Below are positions 19,185 to 29,689 of a stretch of 64,000 bases of DNA, piece by piece. The notes beneath the pieces were generated by a model, which made no database searches, was not told the DNA's origin, and worked only from the letters and a program-made list of their open reading frames with translations. How positions within the stretch are numbered: the first letter of the stretch is position 1; each line of letters begins with the position of its first letter. Origin of the DNA: an uncultured Acidobacteriota bacterium (GTDB taxonomy: Bacteria; Acidobacteriota; Thermoanaerobaculia; Multivoradales; JAHEKO01); the NCBI GenBank assembly GCA_963713825.1, contig CAVQNG010000003.1, positions 576,001-640,000 on the forward strand, read 5' to 3'. Position numbers and translations under genes: made by a program.

Positions 19185-19781
19185 ATGACACGCCCCCATT
19201 TCAACAAGAGCCTGCCGATCCTGCTTCTCGTCCTCGGAGCCCCTTGGGTAGCTCTCGGTCTTCCTTCTGCACAAGAAGTGCCGTCGGAGGGCGAGACCAC
19301 CGAACTCTCGGGCCCTGGCGATCCACAGAGCCATTTGGCGGCCACGGTCGGAGAGTGGGACATGACCATCCACGTTTGGACCAGTCCCAACAGTGAGCCG
19401 GTGGAGACCCGCGGCTCCGCCACCAGTCGCTGGATCCTGGGCGAGAATTTCGTCGAGACCCGGCTCGAGGGTGAGGTGCTGGACAGTGCTTTCGAAGGAC
19501 TGAGGGTCGAGGGCTACGATGTCGCTATCGGCGAGTTCGTCAGCACTTGGCGAGACAGCCGAGGAACCTACACGTTGGTCTTCCAGGGCAAGTGCGATGC
19601 CAATTGTGCCATTCGCACCATGACTGCCGACTTCACCGATCCGGTCTCCAAGACCGCGCTCACCATCAAGAGCGTCACCACCATCGTCGACGACGACAGC
19701 TATCGGTACGAGTCCTACATCGTCACCCCGAGCGGCACCGAGATCAAGAACATGGAGCTCGTGGCGGCCCGCAAACCCTGA
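19185..19781 (+). CDS. DUF1579-like exported protein
   Basis: Signal peptide; VGEWD, WILGENF, FEG....GYD, FVSTWRDS. Confidence 0.8.
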   Translation: MTRPHFNKSLPILLLVLGAPWVALGLPSAQEVPSEGETTELSGPGDPQSHLAATVGEWDMTIHVWTSPNSEPVETRGSATSRWILGENFVETRLEGEVLDSAFEGLRVEGYDVAIGEFVSTWRDSRGTYTLVFQGKCDANCAIRTMTADFTDPVSKTALTIKSVTTIVDDDSYRYESYIVTPSGTEIKNMELVAARKP

Positions 19782-19839
19782 ACGCGCGCCGGCAAGCGAA
19801 TCGAGCCAGCTGGACTTCAAGGCAATCGACGAGGAGCGA

Positions 19840-21132
19840 GTGAAAGAAACAACTCTCACCGCCGCCGACCATTCCTGGCTTCGCCTGCAAGAGGCTGCCA
19901 ATCCGATGGCTTCGCTGGCGGTCCTATTCTTCGCCGATGTGCTACCCATCGACGCCCTGAAGGCCCTGGTCGAAGATCGACTGATGTCCTACGAGCGTTT
20001 CCGCCAGAGCATTCAGCCCTCCAGGCTGCCTCGGGCCCGACCCCGGTGGCACGAGGGAGACGACTTCGCTCTCGATCACCATCTGTACCGCGCCACCCTG
20101 TCACCGCAGGGCACGGAGCGAGACCTGGAGACATTTATCGGCCGGCTCCTTTCCGAACCGATGCCAGAGGACCAACCCCTCTGGCAACTTCATCTGGTCG
20201 AGGAAGTCGCTGGCGGATCGGTGCTGGTGGTAAAGATCCATCAGAGTGTGGCCGACGGCACCTCAGCTTCCAGGATCGTGCTCGGACTGGGCGATGTGGA
20301 GTCGAGCGAAGGCGCTCCAGAGATCGTCGACCAGGGGCTGGGGAACCACATCGAGACCGAAGAGATCGTCGAGGCCGCCAACCAACCGGGCTCCACGGTT
20401 CGCTCTCTATGCCGTCTGATCGCTCAGCGTTCGGACACCGATTCCCCACTGATGGGCAAGCCGACAAACCCGCGACAGGTGGCCTGGTCGCAGGGTTTTC
20501 CCATACTCAGGCTCAAGAGCTTCGCAACCCGACTGGAGGCCACCGAAACCGAGCTCCTCATCGTCGCGGTTGCAGCGAGCCTTCGGCAGGAGCTCACGCG
20601 ACTCAACCTGCTGCCAGAATCGGCGCTCTTGCGCGCGGTTGTACCGTGCAACCTTCGCAGTCCGGATCAGGAACTTCTCGGCAGCCGGTTCAGCCTGGCA
20701 ATGCTGCCTCTGCCCGTCGGCAGAACCACCGTCCACTCCCGCCTCCGGAAGCTCCGCCAAGATCTCGAGGAGCTCGGATCCGCACCAGGGTCGCTGGCCA
20801 CCTTCCAAGACCCAGGAGATCCCGGATTCCGGATGTCGGAGGTTGAAGATCAGATCACGCGGCAACTCGCCAAGAAGACCACCCTTCTTCTCTCCTTTGC
20901 GCCTCAACCGACGGAGCCACTCTATTTCTGTGGGCAGAGGCTCGAGCATTGGCTCTTCTGGCCCGCCCAGGCCGGCCCGCAGAGACTTTGTTTCGGGCTG
21001 TCGGCGACCTCCGACCAACTCCGTCTCGGAGTCACCGTCGATGCAGGATCAGCCGCCGATCCTCGTCGCCTGACCCAGGCCTTCGACCAGGCTCTGGCCG
21101 AAATCGCCGCAGCTTCCGGCGAGACAACTTGA
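19840..21132 (+). CDS. Wax ester synthase/DGAT-family protein with altered catalytic motif
   Basis: ADHSWL, FALDHH, PLWQLHLV, KIHQSVADG (canonical HHxxxDG). Confidence 0.8.
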   Translation: MKETTLTAADHSWLRLQEAANPMASLAVLFFADVLPIDALKALVEDRLMSYERFRQSIQPSRLPRARPRWHEGDDFALDHHLYRATLSPQGTERDLETFIGRLLSEPMPEDQPLWQLHLVEEVAGGSVLVVKIHQSVADGTSASRIVLGLGDVESSEGAPEIVDQGLGNHIETEEIVEAANQPGSTVRSLCRLIAQRSDTDSPLMGKPTNPRQVAWSQGFPILRLKSFATRLEATETELLIVAVAASLRQELTRLNLLPESALLRAVVPCNLRSPDQELLGSRFSLAMLPLPVGRTTVHSRLRKLRQDLEELGSAPGSLATFQDPGDPGFRMSEVEDQITRQLAKKTTLLLSFAPQPTEPLYFCGQRLEHWLFWPAQAGPQRLCFGLSATSDQLRLGVTVDAGSAADPRRLTQAFDQALAEIAAASGETT

Positions 21133-21873
21133 TCAATCGAACGGGTTGGCTTCCCAGGAGCCGTAGCTCGGATTCGGAAAGATGAAGAATCGGGAGCCGT
21201 AGTCACCAAAAGCCTCTGGAGAAGAGAGTCTCGATTCCTGGCTCATTTCGGGGAAGTCGTTGATGTTGTCACCGAGCCACATGACGATCTCGACCGGCGG
21301 CACGCCAGGTGATGCCGTGCCCCCCTCGATCTTCTCCCAGCGTGGCTCCTTTTCGCGGTCATCAGTGCGGCAGAGCAGAACGTCGAACGGTATGTCGGAG
21401 GCTTCCAGGTTGGCTCGGGTGTCGGGGCAATCACGATCCCTCCTGTTGGTCACAACGGCGATGTGCCCACCCAACTCCTGAATGAGACCCAGAAATTCCA
21501 GGGCCCCCGGCAAGGGCTCTGCGGCTTGCTTGGCCACCCAGGCCACCCACAGCTCGTCCGTGGAATCCTGACCGAGTTCTACCAGTTCCTTCTCGTAGTC
21601 CAGATTGCTGATCAGGGTCTCGTCGGCGTCCAGTGCGACCGCCCAGGTCCCTGGCTTCTTCCCCTCCACGCTCTTCCTGAGCTCCTGCCCAGCGAGAGAG
21701 TACGTCTGCAGAACGATGGCCTGGAATTCTGCAGAGTTCCGCATCCAATGTACGGCGCGCTTCAGGTCCGAATTGGTCGGGCTGGTGGATTGCGCGGGCT
21801 GTGGCGGAGCGGTCCCGCCTGATGAGCAGGCAACTACAAAAACGCAGCAGGCGAGAGAGGCGAAATGCTTCAT
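21133..21873 (-). CDS. Class C acid phosphatase / 5'-nucleotidase lipoprotein (e(P4) family, HAD)
   Basis: Lipobox VVAC; DADET, VTNR, LGDNINDF, PNPSYGSWE. Confidence 0.9.
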   Translation of the reverse strand: MKHFASLACCVFVVACSSGGTAPPQPAQSTSPTNSDLKRAVHWMRNSAEFQAIVLQTYSLAGQELRKSVEGKKPGTWAVALDADETLISNLDYEKELVELGQDSTDELWVAWVAKQAAEPLPGALEFLGLIQELGGHIAVVTNRRDRDCPDTRANLEASDIPFDVLLCRTDDREKEPRWEKIEGGTASPGVPPVEIVMWLGDNINDFPEMSQESRLSSPEAFGDYGSRFFIFPNPSYGSWEANPFD

Positions 21874-21967
21874 TGGGGAGACCCTCCGTTCGAATCGAAA
21901 CGCCGATTCTACTAGCTCGGGCGATCCTACGCTCGACCGACGAACTCACGGTACACTGACGACCATC

Positions 21968-22183
21968 ATGAAGACTTGGCTACTCGAGATCCCGTGGTCA
22001 CTGCTCATCCTCGCTTGCCTGACCCTCGGCCTGGCACCCTTTGCTCCTCCCCATATCGTGGAGAAGCTGCGCATGCTCTTTCGCGGCACACTGGTGCGGC
22101 CCATCGACTGGCTCGATCTGGTGTTCCACGGAATTCCCTGGCTGCTCCTCATCCTCAAAGCCTGGGCCACCGCCACGAAATAG
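21968..22183 (+). CDS. Small membrane protein
   Basis: MKTWLLEIPWSLLILACLTLGLAPFAPPHIVEKLRMLFRGTLVRPIDWLDLVFHGIPWLLLILK resembles a conserved small hypothetical family; tail of ORF 21605..22183. Confidence 0.75.
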   Translation: MKTWLLEIPWSLLILACLTLGLAPFAPPHIVEKLRMLFRGTLVRPIDWLDLVFHGIPWLLLILKAWATATK

Positions 22184-22189
22184 AGGACA

Positions 22190-22360
22190 GGGCGTAGGGG
22201 CGTAGGGGCGTAGGGGCGTAGGGGCGTAGAAGACAATACCCAATAGCTCAAGACCTCAGTGCCCCTCAAGCCCCCAAAGGCAGGCCGTAGGAACGCCGGC
22301 CTCCTCAACCCCCAAGCCCTCAAAGAACGTCGGGCGGTGAGCCGGACGCCTCAACCCTCA
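22190..22360. repeat. Composite repeat: (CGTAGGGG)x4 array + two C-rich/hairpin units
   Basis: Perfect octamers at 22193-22224; CCTCAACCCCCAAGCCCTCAAAGA between two hairpins; abuts the ATPase stop codon. Confidence 0.9.
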
Positions 22361-24301
22361 AGGTTCCGAGTCCTCGAGGGGCCGCAAGAGCCTGAGCCCG
22401 TTGAGGACGACCAGAATCGTGCTGCCTTCATGGCCGATGACACCAACGGGTAGCGCCAGGCCGTGGATCAGGTTTACCACCACGAGAATGGCAATGACGG
22501 CACAGGCGAATGCCAGATTCTGGCGCACGATTCGCTGCGACTTGCGGGCCAATCGAACGGCATAGGGAAGCAGCTTCAGCTCGTCGCGAACCAGCACCAA
22601 ATCGGCCGTCTCCAGAGCGGCATCGGTACCGGAGACGCCCATGGCCACACCGACCGTCGCGGCAGCCAAGGCTGGCGCATCGTTGACCCCGTCGCCCACC
22701 ATGGCAACCCGCTGCCCTTCTGCCATCATGGCGCGGACGATCGCCACCTTTTCTTCGGGCATCACCTCGGCGTTCCAGTCGTCCACCCCCACGGCCTCGG
22801 CCACCCTTCGGGCCACAACGGGGTTATCGCCGGTCATCATCACCGTTCGATGGGTGCCCAGCCGCTTCAGCTGCTCGATTGCCGACCGCGCTTCTGGCCG
22901 GACCTGATCTTCGATCGCCAGAGCGCCTGAGACCCCATCGCCGGAGAGAAAGACCACGGTTCGGGCTTGCGCCTGCAGAAGCTCGACCTGCTTCATCTCC
23001 TGAGCATCTGGCGCCTGCCCACCCATCTCGATGATGAAGTCCAGGCGGCCAACGGCGATCTCTCGACCCGAGACCTCGGCCACCGCGCCTCGACCCCGAT
23101 GATTCACCAGACCGTGAGCCAAGGGTACCGAGAGGTTCCTCGCCTCCGCTGATTCGACGATTGCACGCCCCAGATGATGTTCCGAAAGGCGCTCCACCGC
23201 AGCCGCCCACCTCAGAACGTCGTCAGCTGCTGACTTCCCGAATGGCACAACAGAGGTCACCACGGGGTGACCTCCGGTGAGGGTGCCCGTCTTGTCGAAG
23301 GCAAAGCTGTCGATAGAGGCTAACTCCTCCAGGGGCGATCCGCCTTTGAAGAGTAGCCCCTTGCGAGCGGCATGTCCGAGGGCCGCCAGAATCGTGGCCG
23401 GGGTCGAGATGACCACGGCACAAGGTGACGCCACGACCAGGAGTGTCATGGCACGATAGAACGCCGGCCGAAACGCCTCACCGAGGGCAACCGGCAAGAC
23501 CACCGCAACAGCCGCCGCGAAGATCACCGTCGCTGCATAACCCTGCTCGAATCGATCGATGAACCTCTGGGTCGGAGCTTTGGCCTCGCGCGCTTCCTCC
23601 ACCAACTCGATGATGCGGGCCAACGTCGACTCCGAAGCTCGCCGCTCGACCGAGACTTCGGCCGTCCCACCCACGTTGATGGAGCCGGCAAAGACCCGAT
23701 CTCCTGGCCCCTTGGGCTCCGGTGTGGACTCCCCCGTGATGGCGGCCTGGTCCGCTGCCGTATGGCCCGAGACGACCTGGCCATCGACCGGAATGCGCTC
23801 GCCCGGCCGAATTCTGACGATCTGTCCAGGCTCGAGCTCCTCTGCCGCCACCTTTTTCTCGCTACCGTCCGGTGCCAGCAGCATGGCCTCGTCCGGCCGC
23901 AACTCCATGAGCGACTCGATCGCGCGCGTGGTGCGCCGCAAGGCTCGCGTCTCTAGTGCGTTGGAGAGCGAGAAGAGAAAGAGCAGCGCCGCTCCCTCGG
24001 CGTACTCACCGATGCTTGCTGCACCGAGCGCGGAAAGCAGCATCAGCAGGTCGATGTCGAGGCGCCTGTCCTTCAAGCTCTGAATCGAGCGCCCGAGGCT
24101 GAAGGCACCACCCGCAGCATAGGCTGCCGCAAAAGCCAACATCTCGGCCCACCGGGGCCACCCAAACAGGTCCGGGCCGAGCCATCCAACGAGCGCCAAC
24201 GCGCCGCAGACCACCGGTGTCCAGATGGGTTCTTTGCCGTCCGCCAGGGCCTGAACCCAGGCGGGAAGAGCCTCCTGTTGACCTTGTCTTGGAGTGCTCA
24301 T
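22358..24301 (-). CDS. Heavy-metal P-type ATPase, P1B-4 subclass (Co/Zn/Fe)
   Basis: TGES, SPC, DKTGT, GDGVND, HEGST; no N-terminal metal-binding domain. Confidence 0.93.
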   Translation of the reverse strand: MSTPRQGQQEALPAWVQALADGKEPIWTPVVCGALALVGWLGPDLFGWPRWAEMLAFAAAYAAGGAFSLGRSIQSLKDRRLDIDLLMLLSALGAASIGEYAEGAALLFLFSLSNALETRALRRTTRAIESLMELRPDEAMLLAPDGSEKKVAAEELEPGQIVRIRPGERIPVDGQVVSGHTAADQAAITGESTPEPKGPGDRVFAGSINVGGTAEVSVERRASESTLARIIELVEEAREAKAPTQRFIDRFEQGYAATVIFAAAVAVVLPVALGEAFRPAFYRAMTLLVVASPCAVVISTPATILAALGHAARKGLLFKGGSPLEELASIDSFAFDKTGTLTGGHPVVTSVVPFGKSAADDVLRWAAAVERLSEHHLGRAIVESAEARNLSVPLAHGLVNHRGRGAVAEVSGREIAVGRLDFIIEMGGQAPDAQEMKQVELLQAQARTVVFLSGDGVSGALAIEDQVRPEARSAIEQLKRLGTHRTVMMTGDNPVVARRVAEAVGVDDWNAEVMPEEKVAIVRAMMAEGQRVAMVGDGVNDAPALAAATVGVAMGVSGTDAALETADLVLVRDELKLLPYAVRLARKSQRIVRQNLAFACAVIAILVVVNLIHGLALPVGVIGHEGSTILVVLNGLRLLRPLEDSEP

Positions 24302-24423
24302 GAATCGAGAAGGGACGCGCCAGCTTGCCATTCTAGCTCGCAGGCTCCGATCTGCAGGTCGAACCGACGCCGACTCGACCCGGGGCCCCGAGTCTGATTA
24401 ACTCCCATCACGAACTCTCGAGC

Positions 24424-25299
24424 ATGACGACCTACCTCATCGATGCGAGTCCGTACATCTTTCGGGCTCACTTCTCCATGCCTTCGTCCCTTGTGGACCC
24501 GGAAGGCCGGCCGGCGGGTGCCACCTACGGATTCGCCTCCTTCCTTCTCAAGCTCCTCGCCGAAGAGCAACCCAGCCATCTGGCCGTGGCTTTCGATGGC
24601 AGCCTGACCACGAGTTTTCGCAACGAGCTCTACCCGGAGTACAAGGCCAAAAGGGAGACTCCACCAAAAGAGCTGGTGAGCCAACTGGAAGCCTGCCGCC
24701 GTGTGGCGGAGTGCTTGGGGATGGCGACCTTTATTGACCAGTCCTACGAGGCCGACGATCTGATCGGTACCCTGGTGGATCGGGTAACCGGCAGCGACCA
24801 GGCGGCTGTCATCGTGACCTCTGACAAGGACCTGGCGCAGCTCGTCTCCGAGGATGTCACCCTTTTGGACTTCGCTCGGGATGCCCGCTATTCGATCCCA
24901 GCGGTGCAGGAGAAGTTCGGTGTGCGACCCGATCAGATTGTCGATCTTCTGGCCCTGGCCGGCGACGCCGTGGACAACATCCCGGGTGTGCGGGGAATCG
25001 GTGGCAAGACCGCGGTTGCCCTGCTGCAATCGTTCGGCGATTTGGAGACTCTGTACGAGCGCCTGGACGAAGTCGAGGAGCTCCCCATTCGCGGCGCCGC
25101 TTCGGTGCGCGCCAAGCTCGAGGTCGGTCGCAACATGGCCTTTCTCTCGCAGGAGCTCGCCACCGTCGACTGTCGGATCGCCCTCGAAGTGAGACTCGAA
25201 GACCTGGCCTATGTCGGTGCCGACCGAGATTGTATCGAGACGCTATTCCGGGAGCTCGGCTTCGAACGCATCCGCCAGCGAATCAAGATATGGGCTTGA
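24424..25299 (+). CDS. Stand-alone 5'-3' exonuclease / flap endonuclease (PolI N-terminal-like)
   Basis: LIDASPYIFRA, FRNELYPEYKAKR, YEADDLIGT, SDKDLAQ, GDAVDNIPGVRGIGGKTA. Confidence 0.93.
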   Translation: MTTYLIDASPYIFRAHFSMPSSLVDPEGRPAGATYGFASFLLKLLAEEQPSHLAVAFDGSLTTSFRNELYPEYKAKRETPPKELVSQLEACRRVAECLGMATFIDQSYEADDLIGTLVDRVTGSDQAAVIVTSDKDLAQLVSEDVTLLDFARDARYSIPAVQEKFGVRPDQIVDLLALAGDAVDNIPGVRGIGGKTAVALLQSFGDLETLYERLDEVEELPIRGAASVRAKLEVGRNMAFLSQELATVDCRIALEVRLEDLAYVGADRDCIETLFRELGFERIRQRIKIWA

Positions 25300-25513
25300 G
25301 ATCACTGCGGCTAGAGCCAAGGGCTCTTGTGCACAGGCTCCTGAGGTAGACTTTCCACCTCTTGTCGAAGAAGCGAGACCGATCCTGCCTCGACAAGGTC
25401 GGAGCACCTTCTCGAGGGTTGGCAGCGCTGACCGGTGGCGGGTTTCTCTCTCGTTTTCGTAAAGGATGAGTAGAACACCAAGTATCCAGGCCCTCGAAGG
25501 AGAAACAACAGAA

Positions 25514-26422
25514 ATGAGAAACCTCCGAAGATCCGTGTCTCTGTCGACTCTGGCCCTAGTAGTAGCCCTGGTCTTCCCAGGCCTCGCCACGGCGGGTCAC
25601 TACTACGAGGCCGTCACCACCAGCGATACCGGCCAAAAGAAGAAGCAGCAGGATGTGATGCAAGTGCGAGCCTGGGTGGACGGTGAGGCCGCCAAGGTGG
25701 AATTCGTGACCGGCGAGAAAGAGGGGCCCTTCTCTGCGGGCTCCTACCTGGTCACCAAGGACGGTGGTGAAACGGTCTACCTCGTCAACCCGAAAGACGA
25801 GACCTACGGCTCCTTCGATATGGAAGCGATGATGGCCGCCGCTGGTCAGGCCATGAACGCTCTGAGCCAAACAGGCGGCATGGTGAAGATGGAGTTCACC
25901 AACGTCTCCAGCGAAATGCTCTCCGAGGAGGCCGGCGGCAACGTGCTCGGCCATGACACAACCCACTACCGCTGGCAGAGCGGCTACACCATGCGCATGA
26001 AGATGATGGGCTTCAAACAGGAGAACCGGGTCGACACGATCCAGGATGTCTGGAGCACCGATGCTCTGGATGCCAGAGGTTTCGGCGTCTGGATGCGGCC
26101 GGACCGAGCCTTGAGAACCGGCAATGAGGAGTTCGACAAGCTCATCAGCTCCCAGGTCGCAACGGTCAAGGGCTTCCCGCTGAAGACGGTCAACGTCTCG
26201 ACCACGACCGGCAAAAAGGGCAAGTCGATGCAGACCACCTCGACCACCGAGGTGACCACACTGCGTGAGGAGTCCATCCCGGGCTCGACTTTCGGCTGGC
26301 CCGACCACTACACCGAGGTCGAGATCCTCCCCCAGATGCCCCAGGGCTCCGATCAGCAGGGCGAGACCCAGGACGATGGCAAGAAGAAAGGACTCAAGGG
26401 CCTCTTCAAGCCGGGTGGTTGA
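25514..26422 (+). CDS. Exported DUF4412-like protein
   Basis: Signal peptide; YLVNPKDETY, VLGHDTTHY, GFPLK patterns; lysine-rich tail. Confidence 0.65.
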   Translation: MRNLRRSVSLSTLALVVALVFPGLATAGHYYEAVTTSDTGQKKKQQDVMQVRAWVDGEAAKVEFVTGEKEGPFSAGSYLVTKDGGETVYLVNPKDETYGSFDMEAMMAAAGQAMNALSQTGGMVKMEFTNVSSEMLSEEAGGNVLGHDTTHYRWQSGYTMRMKMMGFKQENRVDTIQDVWSTDALDARGFGVWMRPDRALRTGNEEFDKLISSQVATVKGFPLKTVNVSTTTGKKGKSMQTTSTTEVTTLREESIPGSTFGWPDHYTEVEILPQMPQGSDQQGETQDDGKKKGLKGLFKPGG

Positions 26423-26572
26423 TCGGAAAGGAACCACCTCATGATTCGACGAACTCTGGCCTGTGAGCTCTGCCCCCAGTTCGCCGACGTCATCCTGCAA
26501 GAGTCAGGGCCGGCTCCGGCTCCAGTGGTAGAGTCTCCGGGCATCTCACGAACTCGAGACAGGAACGAGCCC

Positions 26573-27730
26573 ATGAAGCCGCCGCGCTCCATCACTCTGC
26601 TTGTCGTTGCCGTGCTTTTCGGCGCGGTGTCGGCCCAGGCCCAGTTCAACCTCAACAAGCTGAAGAAAGCTGCCGAAACAGCGCTCGACGTGGCTGATAC
26701 GGTGGACGACTTCACCTTTTCCGAAGCTGAGGAAGTCGAACTGGGACTGGCTATCAGTAACCGGATTCGAGCTCGATATGGTGTGGCCCAGGACCCCGAG
26801 GTGACGCGCTACATGAGCCTGGTTGGCGCCACGGTAGCGCAGAAGAGTGGACGGCCCTCCATTCCCTGGCAGTGGATCGTCCTCAATTCCAACATCGTCA
26901 ACGCCTTCGCTGCTCCGGGCGGCTATGTCCACGTCACCCGCGGTGCGTTGGCGGTGATCGAGAGCGAAGCGGAGCTCGCCGGGGTACTGGCCCACGAGGC
27001 GGCTCATGTCACCCGCAAGCACACGCTGAAAGCCCTGCAGAAGTCCATGGGAATGGATCTGGCCCAGAATCAGGCCTCGTTCACCGTGGGCTCGGCTCTG
27101 TTCGAAGCGGCCGCGGACCAGGCAGCCAAGGCGGTGCTGGCTGGCTTCGGCCAGGCCGAGGAGTTGGAGGCTGACCAGGTAGGCATCGAGATCGCCGCCC
27201 GGGTCGGATATCAGGCAGCTGGCTTGAGCAACTTCCTGGGCTCCTTGAATACGCTAACCTCTGGATCTTCTTCGAGCTCTGCGCTCTTCCGCTCCCATCC
27301 CGAAACCGACGAGCGGATCAAGAAGCTCGACAAGACGATCCGGCAGGATCACCTTGACGGTGGGGTTTGGCTGGCGGAGCGCTACGCTGCCGAGGTGACC
27401 TACGAGGTGGCGACAGCAAGCACAGGCGGACCCGGAGTCGCGGGGGGAAGGGGCGTAGCCGGCGCGAGCGAAGGCGATGCACCCGCAGAGGACGAGGTTG
27501 CAGAAGAGGAAGAAGAGGATAAGGCTGGGTTCTCGCTCGCCAAGCTCGCCAATCCCTTCGCCATGGGTGAGGAAGAGAGCTCTGCAGAGGTAACGGGTGC
27601 CGGAGCGGGACGGGCCGTGGGTGAAGAAGCTGGAGAGGCAGAAGGCGGTGTCAAGAACACCGAGATCGTCGAGATCCAGCTGACACCCGAGGAGCTCGCG
27701 ACCTTCCAGAAAGAGGGCGGCCTGAAGTAG
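26573..27730 (+). CDS. M48-family zinc metalloprotease (exported)
   Basis: VNAFAAPGG, ELAGVLAHEAAH, ELEADQ, SHPETDERI. Confidence 0.9.
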   Translation: MKPPRSITLLVVAVLFGAVSAQAQFNLNKLKKAAETALDVADTVDDFTFSEAEEVELGLAISNRIRARYGVAQDPEVTRYMSLVGATVAQKSGRPSIPWQWIVLNSNIVNAFAAPGGYVHVTRGALAVIESEAELAGVLAHEAAHVTRKHTLKALQKSMGMDLAQNQASFTVGSALFEAAADQAAKAVLAGFGQAEELEADQVGIEIAARVGYQAAGLSNFLGSLNTLTSGSSSSSALFRSHPETDERIKKLDKTIRQDHLDGGVWLAERYAAEVTYEVATASTGGPGVAGGRGVAGASEGDAPAEDEVAEEEEEDKAGFSLAKLANPFAMGEEESSAEVTGAGAGRAVGEEAGEAEGGVKNTEIVEIQLTPEELATFQKEGGLK

Positions 27731-27739
27731 GGTCCCTCT

Positions 27740-29665
27740 GTGAAGAGGCCATCCAAGCGGTCCGCTCTCGTAGCTCTCGCACTGACCTGTGCCCTGCTTG
27801 GCCTACTTGCGAGCCAGACCACCTTTCTCCGCACACTGGAGCTCAAGACTCTCGACCTGCGGTTCCGCCTTTTGGGCGATCAGGGCGTGGCTTCGATCGA
27901 TATCGTCCTCGTCGCCATTGACGACGCCAGTCTCAAGACTCTCGAGCCGGCGGTGGGTCGGTGGCCATGGCCAAGGGAGGCTCACTCCGTCCTGCTGAGC
28001 TACCTGAATCGTGCAGGCGCTCGCCTGGTGGTCTTCGACCTTCTTTTCCTCGAACGCGATCTGCAGAACCCCGGGAGCGATGAAGCCTTCGGTGAGGCAA
28101 CCACACTGTCAGGCAATGTTGTCCATTCCATCCACCTCGGCAATCAACAGACTTCTGAAGCCCCACCAGACCTGTTGACCAGCACTTCGATCCCCTCTGT
28201 CGGCAGCTTCGACCAATTCGCTGGCGCCGACTTTCCTCTGCAGCCGATCGCGCGGGGAGCCCAAGGCCTGGGTCACGTTGCGATGACCTTGGACCAGGAC
28301 GGCCCCTGGCGACGTTACCTGCTGCTCGCGGCTCACAACGGTCGGCTGCTGCCATCCCTCGGACTGAGCAGCGCTCTTGCCAGCGAGGGAACCGAGCTCG
28401 GGTCACTCGCTTTCGATGAGCGTCAGGTCCGCGTCGGCGATGCCGAGATTCCTCTCGACAGAGACTGGCGCCTGCCCATTTGGTTCAACGGCGGTCCCGG
28501 TACCTATGCAAAGTACCCTTACGGCCAGCTCTTCTACTCTGAGCTGCAGCTGCGCGAAGATCAGGAACCAGGCCTCGATCCGTCTCTCTTCGCCGACAAG
28601 ATCGTCATTGTCGGGCTCTCCGCAGCGGGCCTGCACGACATCTTCACAACTCCCTACAGCGGAGGCAAAGGTGAGCCGGGCGAGGGTCTCGGGAAGATGA
28701 ACGGCTTCGAGATCCACGCCAATGTGATCGACGATCTTCTGCACCAGCGCTTCCTGCGACAGTCCCCTCCTTGGCAACGATTGGGACTGGTCCTATTGGT
28801 GGCCCTGGTGACCGTCGGCCTGACCCTGTACACCGGTCTGGCGCCCGCACTGGCCGGCGCGGTACTGGTGCCCCTGGCCTATCTGGCCTTCGTGCAGTGG
28901 GACTTCGGCTACCGAAACCAGTTGCCAGTGGTGAGCGTGATGCTCTCCTGGGCCCTGGCGCTGACCGCGGGGCTCGTCTACCAGTACTGGGTGGAGTCGG
29001 CCGAGAAGCGCAAGGTCAAGCGGATCTTCTCCCGCTACGTCTCACCCGATGTCTACCGGGAGTTGTTGGACAATCCCGACGCTGCCTCACTCGGTGGGAC
29101 TCGGCGCGAAATGAGCGTTCTCTTTTCCGACCTTCGAGGCTTCACCACGTTCTCCGAAGGACGCACACCCGAAGAGGTCATCGACCAGCTCAATGAGTAT
29201 TTCGCCGCCATGGTGGAGGTGGTCTTCGCGCATCGCGGCACGGTGGACAAGTTCGTGGGCGACATGATCATGGCTCTCTTTGGGGCTCCCCTGGAGGATG
29301 CCGAGCACGCCGACAATGCCGTGCTCTGTGCGCTGGCAATGCAACAGCGTCTGCGGGACCTCAACTTGATCTGGAGGAAAGAAGGTCGCCCCGAGCTTGC
29401 CAGCGGCATCGGTATCAATAGCGGCGAGATGGTCGCCGGCAACCTCGGTTCCGAGAGAATCCAGAGCTACACCGTGATTGGCGACAACGTGAACCTCGGA
29501 GCCCGCATCGAGTCACTGTGCAAGGAGTTCCAGGCCGAGATCCTCACCAGCGAGTACACCGAGACCCGGCTCACCGCTGACTACGCCCTCGAGGAGCTTG
29601 GCGAAGTCACCGTCAAGGGCAAGACCCGGCCGGTACGGATCTTCCGCGTGCCACTTTCTATCTGA
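27740..29665 (+). CDS. CHASE2-domain class III adenylate cyclase
   Basis: GRWPWPR, FDLLF, GFEIHAN (CHASE2); 3 TM helices; LFSDLRGFT, DKFVGD, YTVIGDNVNLGARIE. Confidence 0.93.
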   Translation: MKRPSKRSALVALALTCALLGLLASQTTFLRTLELKTLDLRFRLLGDQGVASIDIVLVAIDDASLKTLEPAVGRWPWPREAHSVLLSYLNRAGARLVVFDLLFLERDLQNPGSDEAFGEATTLSGNVVHSIHLGNQQTSEAPPDLLTSTSIPSVGSFDQFAGADFPLQPIARGAQGLGHVAMTLDQDGPWRRYLLLAAHNGRLLPSLGLSSALASEGTELGSLAFDERQVRVGDAEIPLDRDWRLPIWFNGGPGTYAKYPYGQLFYSELQLREDQEPGLDPSLFADKIVIVGLSAAGLHDIFTTPYSGGKGEPGEGLGKMNGFEIHANVIDDLLHQRFLRQSPPWQRLGLVLLVALVTVGLTLYTGLAPALAGAVLVPLAYLAFVQWDFGYRNQLPVVSVMLSWALALTAGLVYQYWVESAEKRKVKRIFSRYVSPDVYRELLDNPDAASLGGTRREMSVLFSDLRGFTTFSEGRTPEEVIDQLNEYFAAMVEVVFAHRGTVDKFVGDMIMALFGAPLEDAEHADNAVLCALAMQQRLRDLNLIWRKEGRPELASGIGINSGEMVAGNLGSERIQSYTVIGDNVNLGARIESLCKEFQAEILTSEYTETRLTADYALEELGEVTVKGKTRPVRIFRVPLSI

Positions 29666-29689
29666 GCCCTACATAGCCACCAACGAGCG

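Noticed and set aside
22260-22360. CRISPR-like repeat-spacer periodicity
   Set aside because: Only 2-3 units per locus, spacers are palindromic and recur between loci, and no cas genes are present; treated as REP-like.
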